Part shown: piece by piece, positions 48,970 through 57,970 of the stretch
Position numbering within the stretch: the stretch's first letter is position 1
Layout of the letters: every line of letters starts with the position of its first letter
Source of the DNA: Gemmatimonas sp.
Lineage (GTDB): Bacteria; Gemmatimonadota; Gemmatimonadetes; Gemmatimonadales; Gemmatimonadaceae
DNA: 64,000 bases
Direction of reading: 5' to 3'
Assembly (NCBI GenBank): GCA_031414535.1
Contig: JANNVQ010000030.1
Span: 96,001-160,000 of the forward strand
Notes under the pieces: generated by a model
What the model saw: only the letters and a program-made list of their open reading frames with translations
Database searches by the model: none
Told to the model about the DNA's origin: nothing
Position numbers and translations under genes: made by a program

Positions 48970-50279
48970 CACATCAACGGTGCCAGTTCCGTCTCCGTCA
49001 GCCTGTCCCTATACCGCATCAGCACCAGCAGGGAGACCGCTGCGACACCCAGTCCGGCCCAGGCGAGCGCCTCTGGTCCGAGACCAGTCCAGAGCAGGTA
49101 CAGGCTGCCGAGGGCCAGGGTGAGCTGGCGAGCGGTCTCGAGCGTGGCGGCCCACTTGGCGCTTTCGAATACGCCGCCGACGCCCGCCAGGGCCACGGCG
49201 ATGAAGAAAGCGGCCGCGGCACTCTGCGCGAGCGGGAGCGCATTGGCCTGCTGCAGGAGTACGAAGGCCGCCGCGAGCGCCATCACGAACTGCGCGAAGG
49301 CGTACCACGCCAGCGGAGCCGGAAGCGGCGGATCGAATTTCTCGAAGGTCTCCGCGCTCACCTCGCGCGGACGTTCGACGTTCCCGAGCTCGGCGGGCCG
49401 CCAGCTCGGACGTCCAAACACGATGCGCAGCTTGTCCGCCCAGCGTGAGGCCCGCCAGGCGTCGCGTGCGATTTGTACAAAGACGTGCACGTTGGCCCAG
49501 AGCGGATTCCAGCTTTGGAGCGGCTTGGTGATGCCGTACACGGGCTCTTCTTCTTCCACCTGGAAGCTGCCGAACCAGCGGTCAAAGGTGATGAACACGC
49601 CGGCGTAGTTCTTGTCCTGGTACTTGGGATTCACGCCGTGGTGCACGCGATGATGCGATGGCGTATTCAGGATGTACTCGCCCAGCGGCGAGAGGCGCGC
49701 GATGGCGCGGGTGTGAATCCAAAACTGATAAATGAGGTTGATCGCGTTGCAGGCCACGAACATCCGCCACGGTACGCCGATGAAGGCGAGCGGCATGTAG
49801 AAGACCCAGCTCATCAGGCCGTGCAGGGCGCTCTGCCTGAGCGCCACCGGCAGGTTGTACTCCTCGCTCGAATGGTGCACCACGTGGCCCGCCCAGAGGA
49901 TGTTCACCTCGTGCGCGTAGCGATGGCTCCAGTAGTAGCAGAAGTCCACGAGCACGAACACCAGCGCCCAGCTGAGCAGCGCGGGCAGGTCCACACCGAA
50001 GTACGGGAAGATGTCGGCAGCAAACATCGGCGCGCGCTCGGGCCAGGACGGGAAGCCCGTCACGAACAGCTGTACCGACCAGTGCTCCGCCACCCAGATG
50101 AAGACTCCGATGGTGAGCAGCTTGGTGAAGATGCCGGAGAGCTGACTGAGGATTCCGCAGCTCAAATCACTCAGCGAGTCGTTCAAGCGCAACACGCGGC
50201 GCCCCGTCACGCGGCTCCAGAGGAGCTCCGCGCCAATGAGGAGAAAAAACAGCGGAATGGAAGCCTGGATGATGCCCAT
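48969..50279 (-). CDS. fatty-acid-hydroxylase/sterol-desaturase superfamily protein, alkylglycerol monooxygenase (AGMO)-like
   Basis: His boxes HRYAHEVN, HVVHHSSEEYN, QFWIH and HHRVHH; DKNYAG; C-terminal TM extension. Confidence 0.88.
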   Translation of the reverse strand: MGIIQASIPLFFLLIGAELLWSRVTGRRVLRLNDSLSDLSCGILSQLSGIFTKLLTIGVFIWVAEHWSVQLFVTGFPSWPERAPMFAADIFPYFGVDLPALLSWALVFVLVDFCYYWSHRYAHEVNILWAGHVVHHSSEEYNLPVALRQSALHGLMSWVFYMPLAFIGVPWRMFVACNAINLIYQFWIHTRAIARLSPLGEYILNTPSHHRVHHGVNPKYQDKNYAGVFITFDRWFGSFQVEEEEPVYGITKPLQSWNPLWANVHVFVQIARDAWRASRWADKLRIVFGRPSWRPAELGNVERPREVSAETFEKFDPPLPAPLAWYAFAQFVMALAAAFVLLQQANALPLAQSAAAAFFIAVALAGVGGVFESAKWAATLETARQLTLALGSLYLLWTGLGPEALAWAGLGVAAVSLLVLMRYRDRLTETELAPLM

Positions 50280-50285
50280 TGCCCG

Positions 50286-50298
50286 AGAATAGTAGATT
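50286..50298. promoter_or_regulatory. back-to-back -10 boxes (putative bidirectional leaderless promoter)
   Basis: TATTCT on the minus strand 6 nt before ATG 50279; TAGATT on the plus strand 6 nt before GTG 50305. Confidence 0.6.
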
Positions 50299-50304
50299 AG
50301 TCGC

Positions 50305-51111
50305 GTGCCCAATACCAATCAGACGTTTTCTCGCCCCCTCGCCTGCATCACCGGCGCCTCGGCCGGGCTCGGCAAGGTCTTCGCCAAACAATTGGCGGAG
50401 CGCGGCTTTGACCTCCTGCTCGTGGCCCGCGACGTAGACCGGCTGACTGCTCTCGCCGACGAGCTTTCACTGCAGCACGGCATCGCGGCCACGGCGCATC
50501 AGGCCGACCTCTCGCGCGACGAGCCGATGCGAGCGCTCGCCGAGAAGCTGGCCAAGGAAGAGCGCCTGATGGTGCTGGTGAACAACGCCGGCTTCGGGAC
50601 CAAGGGAAAGCTCGCCACTCGCCCCGTGGGTGAGCAGGCGACGATGCTCGAGCTGCACGTGATGGCGCCGATGCTGCTCACGCGCGCGGTTGTACCAAAG
50701 ATGATTGAGCGCCGCGAAGGCTTCGTGATCACCGTAGCCTCAGTCGCCAGCTTCACCGCCAGCATGGGCAACGTGAACTACTGCGCCACCAAGGCGTATC
50801 AGCGCGTTTTTATGGAAGGGCTCGCGATGGAACTCGCTGGCACCGGTGTGCGCGTGCAGGCGCTCTGCCCTGGATTCACGCACACCGAGTTCCACGATCG
50901 TATGCAGATTGATAAGTCCAAAGGCATTCCCGCGTGGGCCTGGCTCTCGGCGGACGAGGTCGTGCGCGACTCGCTCGAGAATGCGTTCGGGAATGGCCCG
51001 ACGGTCGTGATTCCGAACTGGAAGTACAAGATGATTGTGCTGATGCTGCGCTACATGCCGATGTGGCTGCGCGGGATGATGCAGGAGCGGTACGGGCGGG
51101 CGCGGGTCTAG
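50305..51111 (+). CDS. short-chain dehydrogenase/reductase (DltE-like)
   Basis: TGASAGLG, NNAGFG, YCATK (YxxxK) and LCPGFT motifs. Confidence 0.93.
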   Translation: MPNTNQTFSRPLACITGASAGLGKVFAKQLAERGFDLLLVARDVDRLTALADELSLQHGIAATAHQADLSRDEPMRALAEKLAKEERLMVLVNNAGFGTKGKLATRPVGEQATMLELHVMAPMLLTRAVVPKMIERREGFVITVASVASFTASMGNVNYCATKAYQRVFMEGLAMELAGTGVRVQALCPGFTHTEFHDRMQIDKSKGIPAWAWLSADEVVRDSLENAFGNGPTVVIPNWKYKMIVLMLRYMPMWLRGMMQERYGRARV

Positions 51112-51117
51112 GATTAG

Positions 51118-52185
51118 CTACCAGCCACAGCGCGGTTCGCCTTCGCCCCATCCCCGCGGTGGCACGGCTCCGACGATCATTCCGCAGCTGTACCCGGACG
51201 ACAGCATCCAGATGCTTCCGCTCCAAAACCGGTTGTTTGCCTGCTGGACGGCGAAGCGCGTGCCTTCTGGAAGACGTATTGTCAGCGAGTCAGTGCGCAT
51301 TGTGTAGGTATTGTGCTGCGCGTAGAAGGCCTCTTGTGACATTACCGTTCCGCGGATCGCCGCGCGCAGTTGACTGCGCTGCCCAGAGTCCACTGGTGAC
51401 ACTGCCCGAGGGCTGGGGCGCGGGACCACACCATTGGGCCTGGAAAATCTAAAGATCGCAACTTGCTCGAAGTCATCGGCGTCGGTGCGTACGCCGACAA
51501 CTCGATTCCCGACGAACTGCGTGGGCCGGAATCCGCCGGGCAGCGTCACCTGACCGACGGCCCGACTACCTGCATATGCAATCCAGCTTCGCATTTCTCG
51601 ATCTCTGTGTACCCACAGGAGCGATGTCTCATCGAAGAACGCACGCCGCAACTCGGGTAATGAATCGACAAGGGCACGAAGCAGTGGCGGAGCCCAATTG
51701 GGCACAACGCCTTCACCCAGGACGAGTACGCCGGCGTGCGTCCACGCCGCGTCGCCTACGGTATCGCGCAGCACGGTCAGTTGATTGCTGCCGTGCCTGA
51801 CCTCAGTCCAACGCGACTGCGATGGATCCCAGACAGCGACGGCGCTGTTCCCAAAACTTGACATCGAAATGCGGCCGTTGAACTCGCCCGGTCCGCGCCC
51901 GCGACGACCGAGCTTGGCGACACGTCTCCCTGTGGAATCGAAGAAGAGCACCGCGAACTCGCCGCCATCCGCGATGGCGAGGACGCCGTTCGGCATCAGC
52001 CGGGCGTCGGCGACGCTACCGATGAGCGAGGTGTCCACCTCAGCGTTGTCTCCAACAATCAGCACCGGACGCGCATCGAGCGGCCACACGGGTGGACGCT
52101 GGCGCTGGGCCGCAAGCGGACTGATGGTGATTGCCGAATACAGCACCAACAGCGCGGCTAGTGAACGCGAAGGGGGAAACCTCAT
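51118..52185 (-). CDS. secreted beta-propeller-like protein with C-terminal pilin-like domain
   Basis: Signal peptide ending LAA-Q; LGRRGRGPGEF propeller motif; C-terminal QEAFYAQHNTY...C...EGEPRC; GAGGTG ribosome-binding site. Confidence 0.7.
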   Translation of the reverse strand: MRFPPSRSLAALLVLYSAITISPLAAQRQRPPVWPLDARPVLIVGDNAEVDTSLIGSVADARLMPNGVLAIADGGEFAVLFFDSTGRRVAKLGRRGRGPGEFNGRISMSSFGNSAVAVWDPSQSRWTEVRHGSNQLTVLRDTVGDAAWTHAGVLVLGEGVVPNWAPPLLRALVDSLPELRRAFFDETSLLWVHRDREMRSWIAYAGSRAVGQVTLPGGFRPTQFVGNRVVGVRTDADDFEQVAIFRFSRPNGVVPRPSPRAVSPVDSGQRSQLRAAIRGTVMSQEAFYAQHNTYTMRTDSLTIRLPEGTRFAVQQANNRFWSGSIWMLSSGYSCGMIVGAVPPRGWGEGEPRCGW

Positions 52186-52192
52186 CGACACC

Positions 52193-52222
52193 TCTAGTGT
52201 ATTAGTGTATCCATACACTAGA
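52193..52222. promoter_or_regulatory. perfect palindromic operator, GntR/YtrA-like
   Basis: TCTAGTGTAT-N10-ATACACTAGA, AT-rich in a high-GC background, 7 nt upstream of the 52185 start. Confidence 0.65.
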
Positions 52223-52251
52223 TGTTCCCTACACGACGCGCAAGGGCTTGC

Positions 52252-53487
52252 TCAGCCCCCGAACGCGTTCATCCCCGTCACGGCCTGCCCAAGAATCAGC
52301 GAATGAATGTCGTGCGTGCCTTCATACGTGTACACGCTCTCGAGATTCGCCATGTGCCGCATGCTCGCATACTCGGCGAGCACACCGTTGCCGCCGAGCA
52401 AGCGCCGCGCCTCGCGAGCGATCTCTGTGGCGATGTTGACGTTGTTCCGCTTGGCCAGTGACACCTGCTGGGGCGTGAACGTCCCCGCGTCCTTCATGCG
52501 GCCCAGGTGCAGCGAAACCAGCTGACCTTTAGTCAGTTCGGTGAGCATGTCGGCTAGGCGCACCTGCTGGATCTGGAAGCCACCAATCGGGCGGCCAAAC
52601 ATCACACGCTCCTTGGAGTAGCTCACCGCTTCCTCGAAGCAGGCCATCGCCGCGCCAAGCGCGCCCCAAGAAATGCCGTAGCGCGCCTGCGTGAGGCACA
52701 TGAGCGGGCTCTTGAGGCCACCGCTCTTCGGCAGGATGGCATCGGCCGCGAGATGCACACCATCAAACACGAGCTCAGCGGTATCCGACGCACGCAGCGA
52801 GAGCTTGCCTTTCACCTCCTTCGATGTGAATCCCTTGGCGTCCGTGGGGACGAGGAAGCCGCGAATCGAGTTGCCGGTTTCATCGTTGTCTTCGGTCTTG
52901 GCCCACACAACGCAGACGTGCGCCTGCTTGCCGTTGGTGATCCACATCTTGCCGCCGTTCAGAATCCAGCTGCCGTCTGCCTGCTTGCGAGCACGCGTGA
53001 TCATGCCGGCGGGATTGCTGCCGTAATCGGGCTCAGTGAGACCGAAGCAGCCAATCTTCTCGCCCTTCGCCATCTGCGGCAGCCAGTACTTCTTCTGTTC
53101 CTCGGAGCCAAACGCGTAGATCGGATACATCACCAGCGCGCCCTGCACCGACGCAAACGAGCGAATGCCCGAATCGCCGCGCTCGAGCTCCTGCATGATG
53201 ATGCCGTACATCACGTTGTTGAGGCCGGCGCAGCCGTACTCCTCAGGCAGGTTCGCGCCGAAGTAGCCGTTCTCGCCCATTTCGGCGATCAGCTCTTTGG
53301 GGAAGCGGCCGTCCACGTAGCACTGCCCGATAATCGGCAGGACTTTCTCGTCCACAAAGGCGCGCACGGAGTCGCGCACCGCGCGTTCTTCCTCTGTGAG
53401 GCCAGCGTCGATATTGAAAAGGTCGCCTTCGCGCGGCTTGAGTTGCGGCGAGGCGAGGTGGGTCTCGATTTCAGTCATGTGGGACAT
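52252..53487 (-). CDS. gcdH: glutaryl-CoA dehydrogenase (acyl-CoA dehydrogenase family)
   Basis: ERGDSGIRSFASVQ, CFGLTEPDYGSNP, ARYGISWG and TYEGTHDIH motifs; start at 53487 or 53478. Confidence 0.85.
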   Translation of the reverse strand: MSHMTEIETHLASPQLKPREGDLFNIDAGLTEEERAVRDSVRAFVDEKVLPIIGQCYVDGRFPKELIAEMGENGYFGANLPEEYGCAGLNNVMYGIIMQELERGDSGIRSFASVQGALVMYPIYAFGSEEQKKYWLPQMAKGEKIGCFGLTEPDYGSNPAGMITRARKQADGSWILNGGKMWITNGKQAHVCVVWAKTEDNDETGNSIRGFLVPTDAKGFTSKEVKGKLSLRASDTAELVFDGVHLAADAILPKSGGLKSPLMCLTQARYGISWGALGAAMACFEEAVSYSKERVMFGRPIGGFQIQQVRLADMLTELTKGQLVSLHLGRMKDAGTFTPQQVSLAKRNNVNIATEIAREARRLLGGNGVLAEYASMRHMANLESVYTYEGTHDIHSLILGQAVTGMNAFGG

Positions 53488-53582
53488 CGCGGGGTCCGAA
53501 AAAGGGTCCCCAAAATCTAACGCTCTGACCCACACTCCGGCGGGTGCCCCCGGACTCTGTCCGGGGGTATGTTCCGATGTAG

Positions 53583-55325
53583 ATGCCACACAGCGTCCCA
53601 CTGATCGCCACGATCGCCGGCGCTTTCGGCCTCGCCCTCTTGCTCGGCTTCATTGCCGTACGCCTCAAGATGCCGGCGCTGGTCGGATATCTCGTGGCGG
53701 GCGTCATCGTGGGACCGTTCTCTCCGGGCTTCACCGCCGACTTAGGCCTGACGCAGCAGCTCGCCGAAGTCGGCGTCATTCTGTTGCTCTTCGGCGTCGG
53801 ACTGCACCTCTCGCTTGACGACTTGCTCAGCGTCCGCGCCATTGCCGTCACTGGCGCGGTCGTGCGCATCCTCATCGGCACGACCGTATCCGTGGCACTG
53901 GCGCTGTGGTGGGAATGGGACCTTGGGGCCGGCATCATCTTCGGGCTTTCGCTGTCCGTGGCCAGCACGGTGGTGCTGCTGCGCGCCCTCGAAGCGGACG
54001 GTACGCTGCAGACGCTGACGGGCAAAATTGCGATTGGTTGGCTGGTGGTTGAGGACATCATCATCGTGCTGGCCCTCGTGCTCCTGCCACCGCTGGCCCT
54101 CGTGCTGGGCGCTGGCGCGGCACCCGACACGCTGGCGAGCGGGCGGGGTCTGGGAGTGGAACTCAGCATCACGCTCGGGAAGCTTGCGCTCTTCGTGGCG
54201 TTGATGCTGGGCGTGGGACGTCGCGCCTTCCCCTGGCTCTTGATGCAAGTTGCGCGCACGGGTTCGCGCGAGCTCTTCACGCTTTGCGTGGTCGCTGCCG
54301 CCGTGGGCATCGCCTACGGCGCCGGAGTGCTCTTTGGCGTTTCGTTCGCACTCGGCGCGTTCTTCGCTGGACTCGTGTTGCAGTCGTCGGAGTTCAGCCA
54401 GCGCGCGGCCGACGAGTCGCTCCCGCTACGCGATGCGTTCTCGGTGCTGTTTTTTGTGTCAGTGGGCATGCTCTTTAACCCATCTATCCTGTGGAGAGAG
54501 CCGGCGCATGTGCTCGCGACGGTTGGCATCGTAGTGGTCGGCAAGAGCATCGTCACGATCGCCCTAGTGCTCGCGTTTCGGTATCCGCTCAATACGGCCG
54601 TCACGGTGGGCGCAGGACTGGCACAGATCGGCGAGTTCTCGTTCATCCTCGCGGGGATGGGCGTCTCACTTGGTCTCCTACCAGTCGAGGGCCGCGATCT
54701 CATCTTGGCAGCCTCGGTGATTTCTATCGCGATCAATCCGTTGGTGTTCGGGCTGGTAGATCCCGTTCAGCAATGGATCCTCAAGCGCTCGCCCCAGGCG
54801 CGCTTCATGGAACGCAATCTGGACCGTTTGGCGGAACTCCCGCGCTCCATCACGCCGGCACAGCTGACTGGCCACGTCCTGATTGTCGGCTACGGTCGCG
54901 TAGGACGGCGGATTGCCGACGTGGTACGCGGGCTCGGCATCGCCATCGTTGTTGCTGAACAGAACCGGGAGATCGTCGCGCGATTGCGCGCGGAGGGGAT
55001 TCCCGCTGTGTCCGGTGATGGCTCCGAAGCGTCCGTGCTCATCCAAGGCCACGTGTCGCGCGCCCGGGCCCTTGTAATCGCCACGCCAGATGCAGCTGCG
55101 GCTCGCGCCATGTTGGAAATAGCGCGCCAGCTCAGGCCTGAGCTCCCCGTGATTATCCGGACGCACAATGATGATGAGACCTCGCTGCTCCGCGCCGCGG
55201 TAGGGCGTGGCAGCGTGGTGTTTGGCGAAGAAGAACTCGCCACCGGTATGACGCGGGCGGTATTGGAGCAGTTGGGCGATTTAAACACCACGGCACCGAC
55301 GCCGTCGTCTACACCGGCCGTTTAG
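53583..55325 (+). CDS. CPA2 cation:proton antiporter (YbaL/RosB-like) with TrkA-N domain
   Basis: MPHSVPLI, LAEVGVILLLFGVGL, GWLVVED, PLRDAF..LFFVSVG, QIGEFSF and GYGRVG motifs. Confidence 0.92.
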   Translation: MPHSVPLIATIAGAFGLALLLGFIAVRLKMPALVGYLVAGVIVGPFSPGFTADLGLTQQLAEVGVILLLFGVGLHLSLDDLLSVRAIAVTGAVVRILIGTTVSVALALWWEWDLGAGIIFGLSLSVASTVVLLRALEADGTLQTLTGKIAIGWLVVEDIIIVLALVLLPPLALVLGAGAAPDTLASGRGLGVELSITLGKLALFVALMLGVGRRAFPWLLMQVARTGSRELFTLCVVAAAVGIAYGAGVLFGVSFALGAFFAGLVLQSSEFSQRAADESLPLRDAFSVLFFVSVGMLFNPSILWREPAHVLATVGIVVVGKSIVTIALVLAFRYPLNTAVTVGAGLAQIGEFSFILAGMGVSLGLLPVEGRDLILAASVISIAINPLVFGLVDPVQQWILKRSPQARFMERNLDRLAELPRSITPAQLTGHVLIVGYGRVGRRIADVVRGLGIAIVVAEQNREIVARLRAEGIPAVSGDGSEASVLIQGHVSRARALVIATPDAAAARAMLEIARQLRPELPVIIRTHNDDETSLLRAAVGRGSVVFGEEELATGMTRAVLEQLGDLNTTAPTPSSTPAV

Positions 55326-56103
55326 CTCTCGGTAGCGCACCCACCTCACGGCACTTCCGCCGGAAGTCGAGCCCGTGATCGATCGGCAGGCCGTTCTCGT
55401 GCTGCCACTGGTGTACCATCTCGTGTAGCAGCGTTTCGACGGCGCTGGCGAATCCGTCCCGGCGAATGTGCCGTGCACTGAGGGCAATCTCAGCACCACC
55501 GCCCTCGACGCCGGGTGCGTAATGCCCCAGCCGACGCATCATCCGACGCGACACGCGAATCGCAATCTGTTGCAACTTTGCTTGAAAGCGCTCACCGTTC
55601 AACCGCGTGTGCCACTCCGCCAAGCGCTCGGCGAAGACTTCATCGTCGGGATGCGTGCGCTCAGGAGCACGAGGCGGTTTGGTGTGCTTGGGTAACTGAT
55701 AGGCGAGGATGGCCTGACGCGCCGTCTGCCGCTCCCAAGGCTTCTTGGCCATCACGAAGCGCACAATCTGCGCGTGCATATCCACCGGCGCCGTGCAGAA
55801 GCCCTCGTGTAGCCGCAACTCGTAGCCCTTGAGCGACACCACAACACTGCGATTGCGAGTCAGCACCAGCGAGCGCACGTGCTGCAGTCCCATGCCCTTC
55901 AAGGTGCCGAGGAGGAGGTCCGCCGCGCGTGCAGCATCCTCCGCGTCTTCGGCATCCTGCTCGTCCTCGCCATCGCGGTCATCGTCCGCGACTTGGGGGG
56001 CGGAAACGGGCGCGGCAGCACCAAAGAACTCCGACACCGCAGTCGCCGCCGCATCAAAGAGCAGTCCGAGCTGTGACCCATCGTCACTCGCGCGACGCTT
56101 CAT
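55309..56103 (-). CDS. SprT-like zinc metalloprotease domain protein
   Basis: TLLHEMVHQW (HExxH), HGLDF, SRRM.RRLGHY; acidic N-terminal linker. Confidence 0.8.
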   Translation of the reverse strand: MKRRASDDGSQLGLLFDAAATAVSEFFGAAAPVSAPQVADDDRDGEDEQDAEDAEDAARAADLLLGTLKGMGLQHVRSLVLTRNRSVVVSLKGYELRLHEGFCTAPVDMHAQIVRFVMAKKPWERQTARQAILAYQLPKHTKPPRAPERTHPDDEVFAERLAEWHTRLNGERFQAKLQQIAIRVSRRMMRRLGHYAPGVEGGGAEIALSARHIRRDGFASAVETLLHEMVHQWQHENGLPIDHGLDFRRKCREVGALPRAKRPV

Positions 56104-56918
56104 CGCGGGAACACGCGCGTGTTGCGCGGCGAGAAGTCCCGCTCCTCGGCGCTCCAAACGCAGGCGCGCACGCGGAACTCCTTGGGCTCGACCTCAATCT
56201 CCTGGAACGCCGCCGGCAGTCCGCCGCGCGTGCGCTCGCAGAAGCTGGTGCTGTGCGACACGACCATGCGTCGGCCCATCAGCTCAACCGGCTCAATGCG
56301 CGTCTGGTGATCGTGCCCGTTGAGCACGAGATCGGCGCCGGTCTCAAGCGCTTCACCGATGCCCGTGGCGCGATTCACCAAGCCCCAACGCCGCGAGAGA
56401 TCACCGCGCAGCAGGTTGTGGTGGAACACCAACACCTTCAAATGATCAGCTGGCGCTGCGGCAAAGATGGCCTTGGCCTTCTCCCATTGAGCCGGTCGAA
56501 TGGCTCCCACCACAGAGAGGTCACGAGCCCGCGTTGTCAGCGTGTACGTGCGCACACCGTGGCTGGAATTGAGCCCCACGATGGTGACGCCCGGCAACTG
56601 CAGTGTGGGCTCAAGCTCGCTGTGTATCCACTTGCGGTACCCAGCGAGCAAGGACGATTCCACGCCAAGACCCATCGGCTTCCACCACCAAGCCACATCG
56701 TGATTGCCTGGCACGGTAAAGACCGGCACAAGCGCCCGCAACGCATCTAACCAGGCTTTGGCCGCACGGAACTGCTCACGAAAGTTTCGCTGCGTGAGAT
56801 CGCCGGCCACCACCACGGCATCGTAGCGACCACTCGCCACGCGCCGCTCGACGGCATCGGTGTAGGCCGCCACGGCGTGACGGCCAAAGTGTACATCCGA
56901 CACCTGAAGCAGACGCAC
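56100..56918 (-). CDS. calcineurin-like metallophosphoesterase (Icc/CpdA-like)
   Basis: SDVHFG, AGDLT, PGNHD, HH and GHDH motifs. Confidence 0.9.
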   Translation of the reverse strand: MRLLQVSDVHFGRHAVAAYTDAVERRVASGRYDAVVVAGDLTQRNFREQFRAAKAWLDALRALVPVFTVPGNHDVAWWWKPMGLGVESSLLAGYRKWIHSELEPTLQLPGVTIVGLNSSHGVRTYTLTTRARDLSVVGAIRPAQWEKAKAIFAAAPADHLKVLVFHHNLLRGDLSRRWGLVNRATGIGEALETGADLVLNGHDHQTRIEPVELMGRRMVVSHSTSFCERTRGGLPAAFQEIEVEPKEFRVRACVWSAEERDFSPRNTRVFPR

Positions 56919-56926
56919 GGAGCGAA

Positions 56927-57955
56927 TCAGCTCTTGGCGAGACGCGCGATCACCGCGTCGGTGTACTCGTCCGTGCTTGCCGTGCCACCCACGTCGCGCG
57001 TGACGGTTTTCTGTTCACGCAAAGTGGCCTCGATGGCCGCCCGAATGCGATTGGCGCGCTCACCCTGACCGACGTGATCGAGGAGCTGACAGGCCGCGAG
57101 CATCACGGCTGTGGGGTTCGCGATGCCTTGCCCCACGATGTCGGGTGCCGTCCCGTGCACCGCTTCGAAGATGCCGCAGTCATATCCGATGTTGGCTCCC
57201 GGTGTCAGGCCGAGCCCGCCGACGAGGCCACTCGTGAGATCCGAGAGGATGTCACCGAAGAGATTTGTCGTCACAATCACATCGAAGCGCTCGGGACGCA
57301 TCACGAGCTCCATCGCGCAGGCGTCCACGATCTTGTCCTCGCAGAGCACGCGACCCTCGTACTCCTTAGCCACCACGCGCCCCGTCTCGAGGAACAATCC
57401 CTGCGAGTACTTGAGGATGTTGGCCTTGTGCACGATGGTCACCTTCTTGCGTCCGTGCTTGAGCGCGTACTCAAACGCATAGCGCACGATGCGCTCGGCC
57501 GCGTGCCGCGACACGATTGCCACCGACTGCGCCACCGCGTGCGGATCGTCACCGACCTTCACGTAGTTCTCGATGCCGACGTAGAGGCCTTCGGTGTTCT
57601 CGCGCACGAGCACGAGGTCCACATTCTCAAACCGTCCGCCCGGAATCACGGTCTTGGCAGGACGGAGATTCGCGTAGAGATCGAACTCCTTGCGGAGCGC
57701 CACGTTGATGCTGCGAAACCCCTTGCCCACCGGCGTCTCGAGTGGACCCTTCAGCGCAAGTCTGGTGCGCTTAATGGATTCGATGGTCGCGTCGGGCATC
57801 GGATCGCCGTGGGCCTTCACCGCCGCCATGCCGGCAAGTTGACGATCCCACGTGATGTCAGCGCCCGCTGCCGCGAGCAAGCGTAGGGTCGCTTCGGTGA
57901 TGGCGGGGCCGATGCCGTCGCCAGGAATCAGTGTGACGTCGAGTGACTTTGTCAT
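56927..57955 (-). CDS. icd: isocitrate dehydrogenase, NAD-dependent type (isocitrate/isopropylmalate DH family)
   Basis: GDGIGP, SINVALR, RENTEGLY, HKANI, NLFGDILSD and EAVHGTAPDI motifs. Confidence 0.85.
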   Translation of the reverse strand: MTKSLDVTLIPGDGIGPAITEATLRLLAAAGADITWDRQLAGMAAVKAHGDPMPDATIESIKRTRLALKGPLETPVGKGFRSINVALRKEFDLYANLRPAKTVIPGGRFENVDLVLVRENTEGLYVGIENYVKVGDDPHAVAQSVAIVSRHAAERIVRYAFEYALKHGRKKVTIVHKANILKYSQGLFLETGRVVAKEYEGRVLCEDKIVDACAMELVMRPERFDVIVTTNLFGDILSDLTSGLVGGLGLTPGANIGYDCGIFEAVHGTAPDIVGQGIANPTAVMLAACQLLDHVGQGERANRIRAAIEATLREQKTVTRDVGGTASTDEYTDAVIARLAKS

Positions 57956-57970
57956 TTCTGTAAGAGAGCG

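Noticed and set aside
50305..51111. SDR as sepiapterin reductase
   Set aside because: Its motifs fit generic DltE-like SDRs and I see no specific sepiapterin reductase signature, so it is left unassigned.
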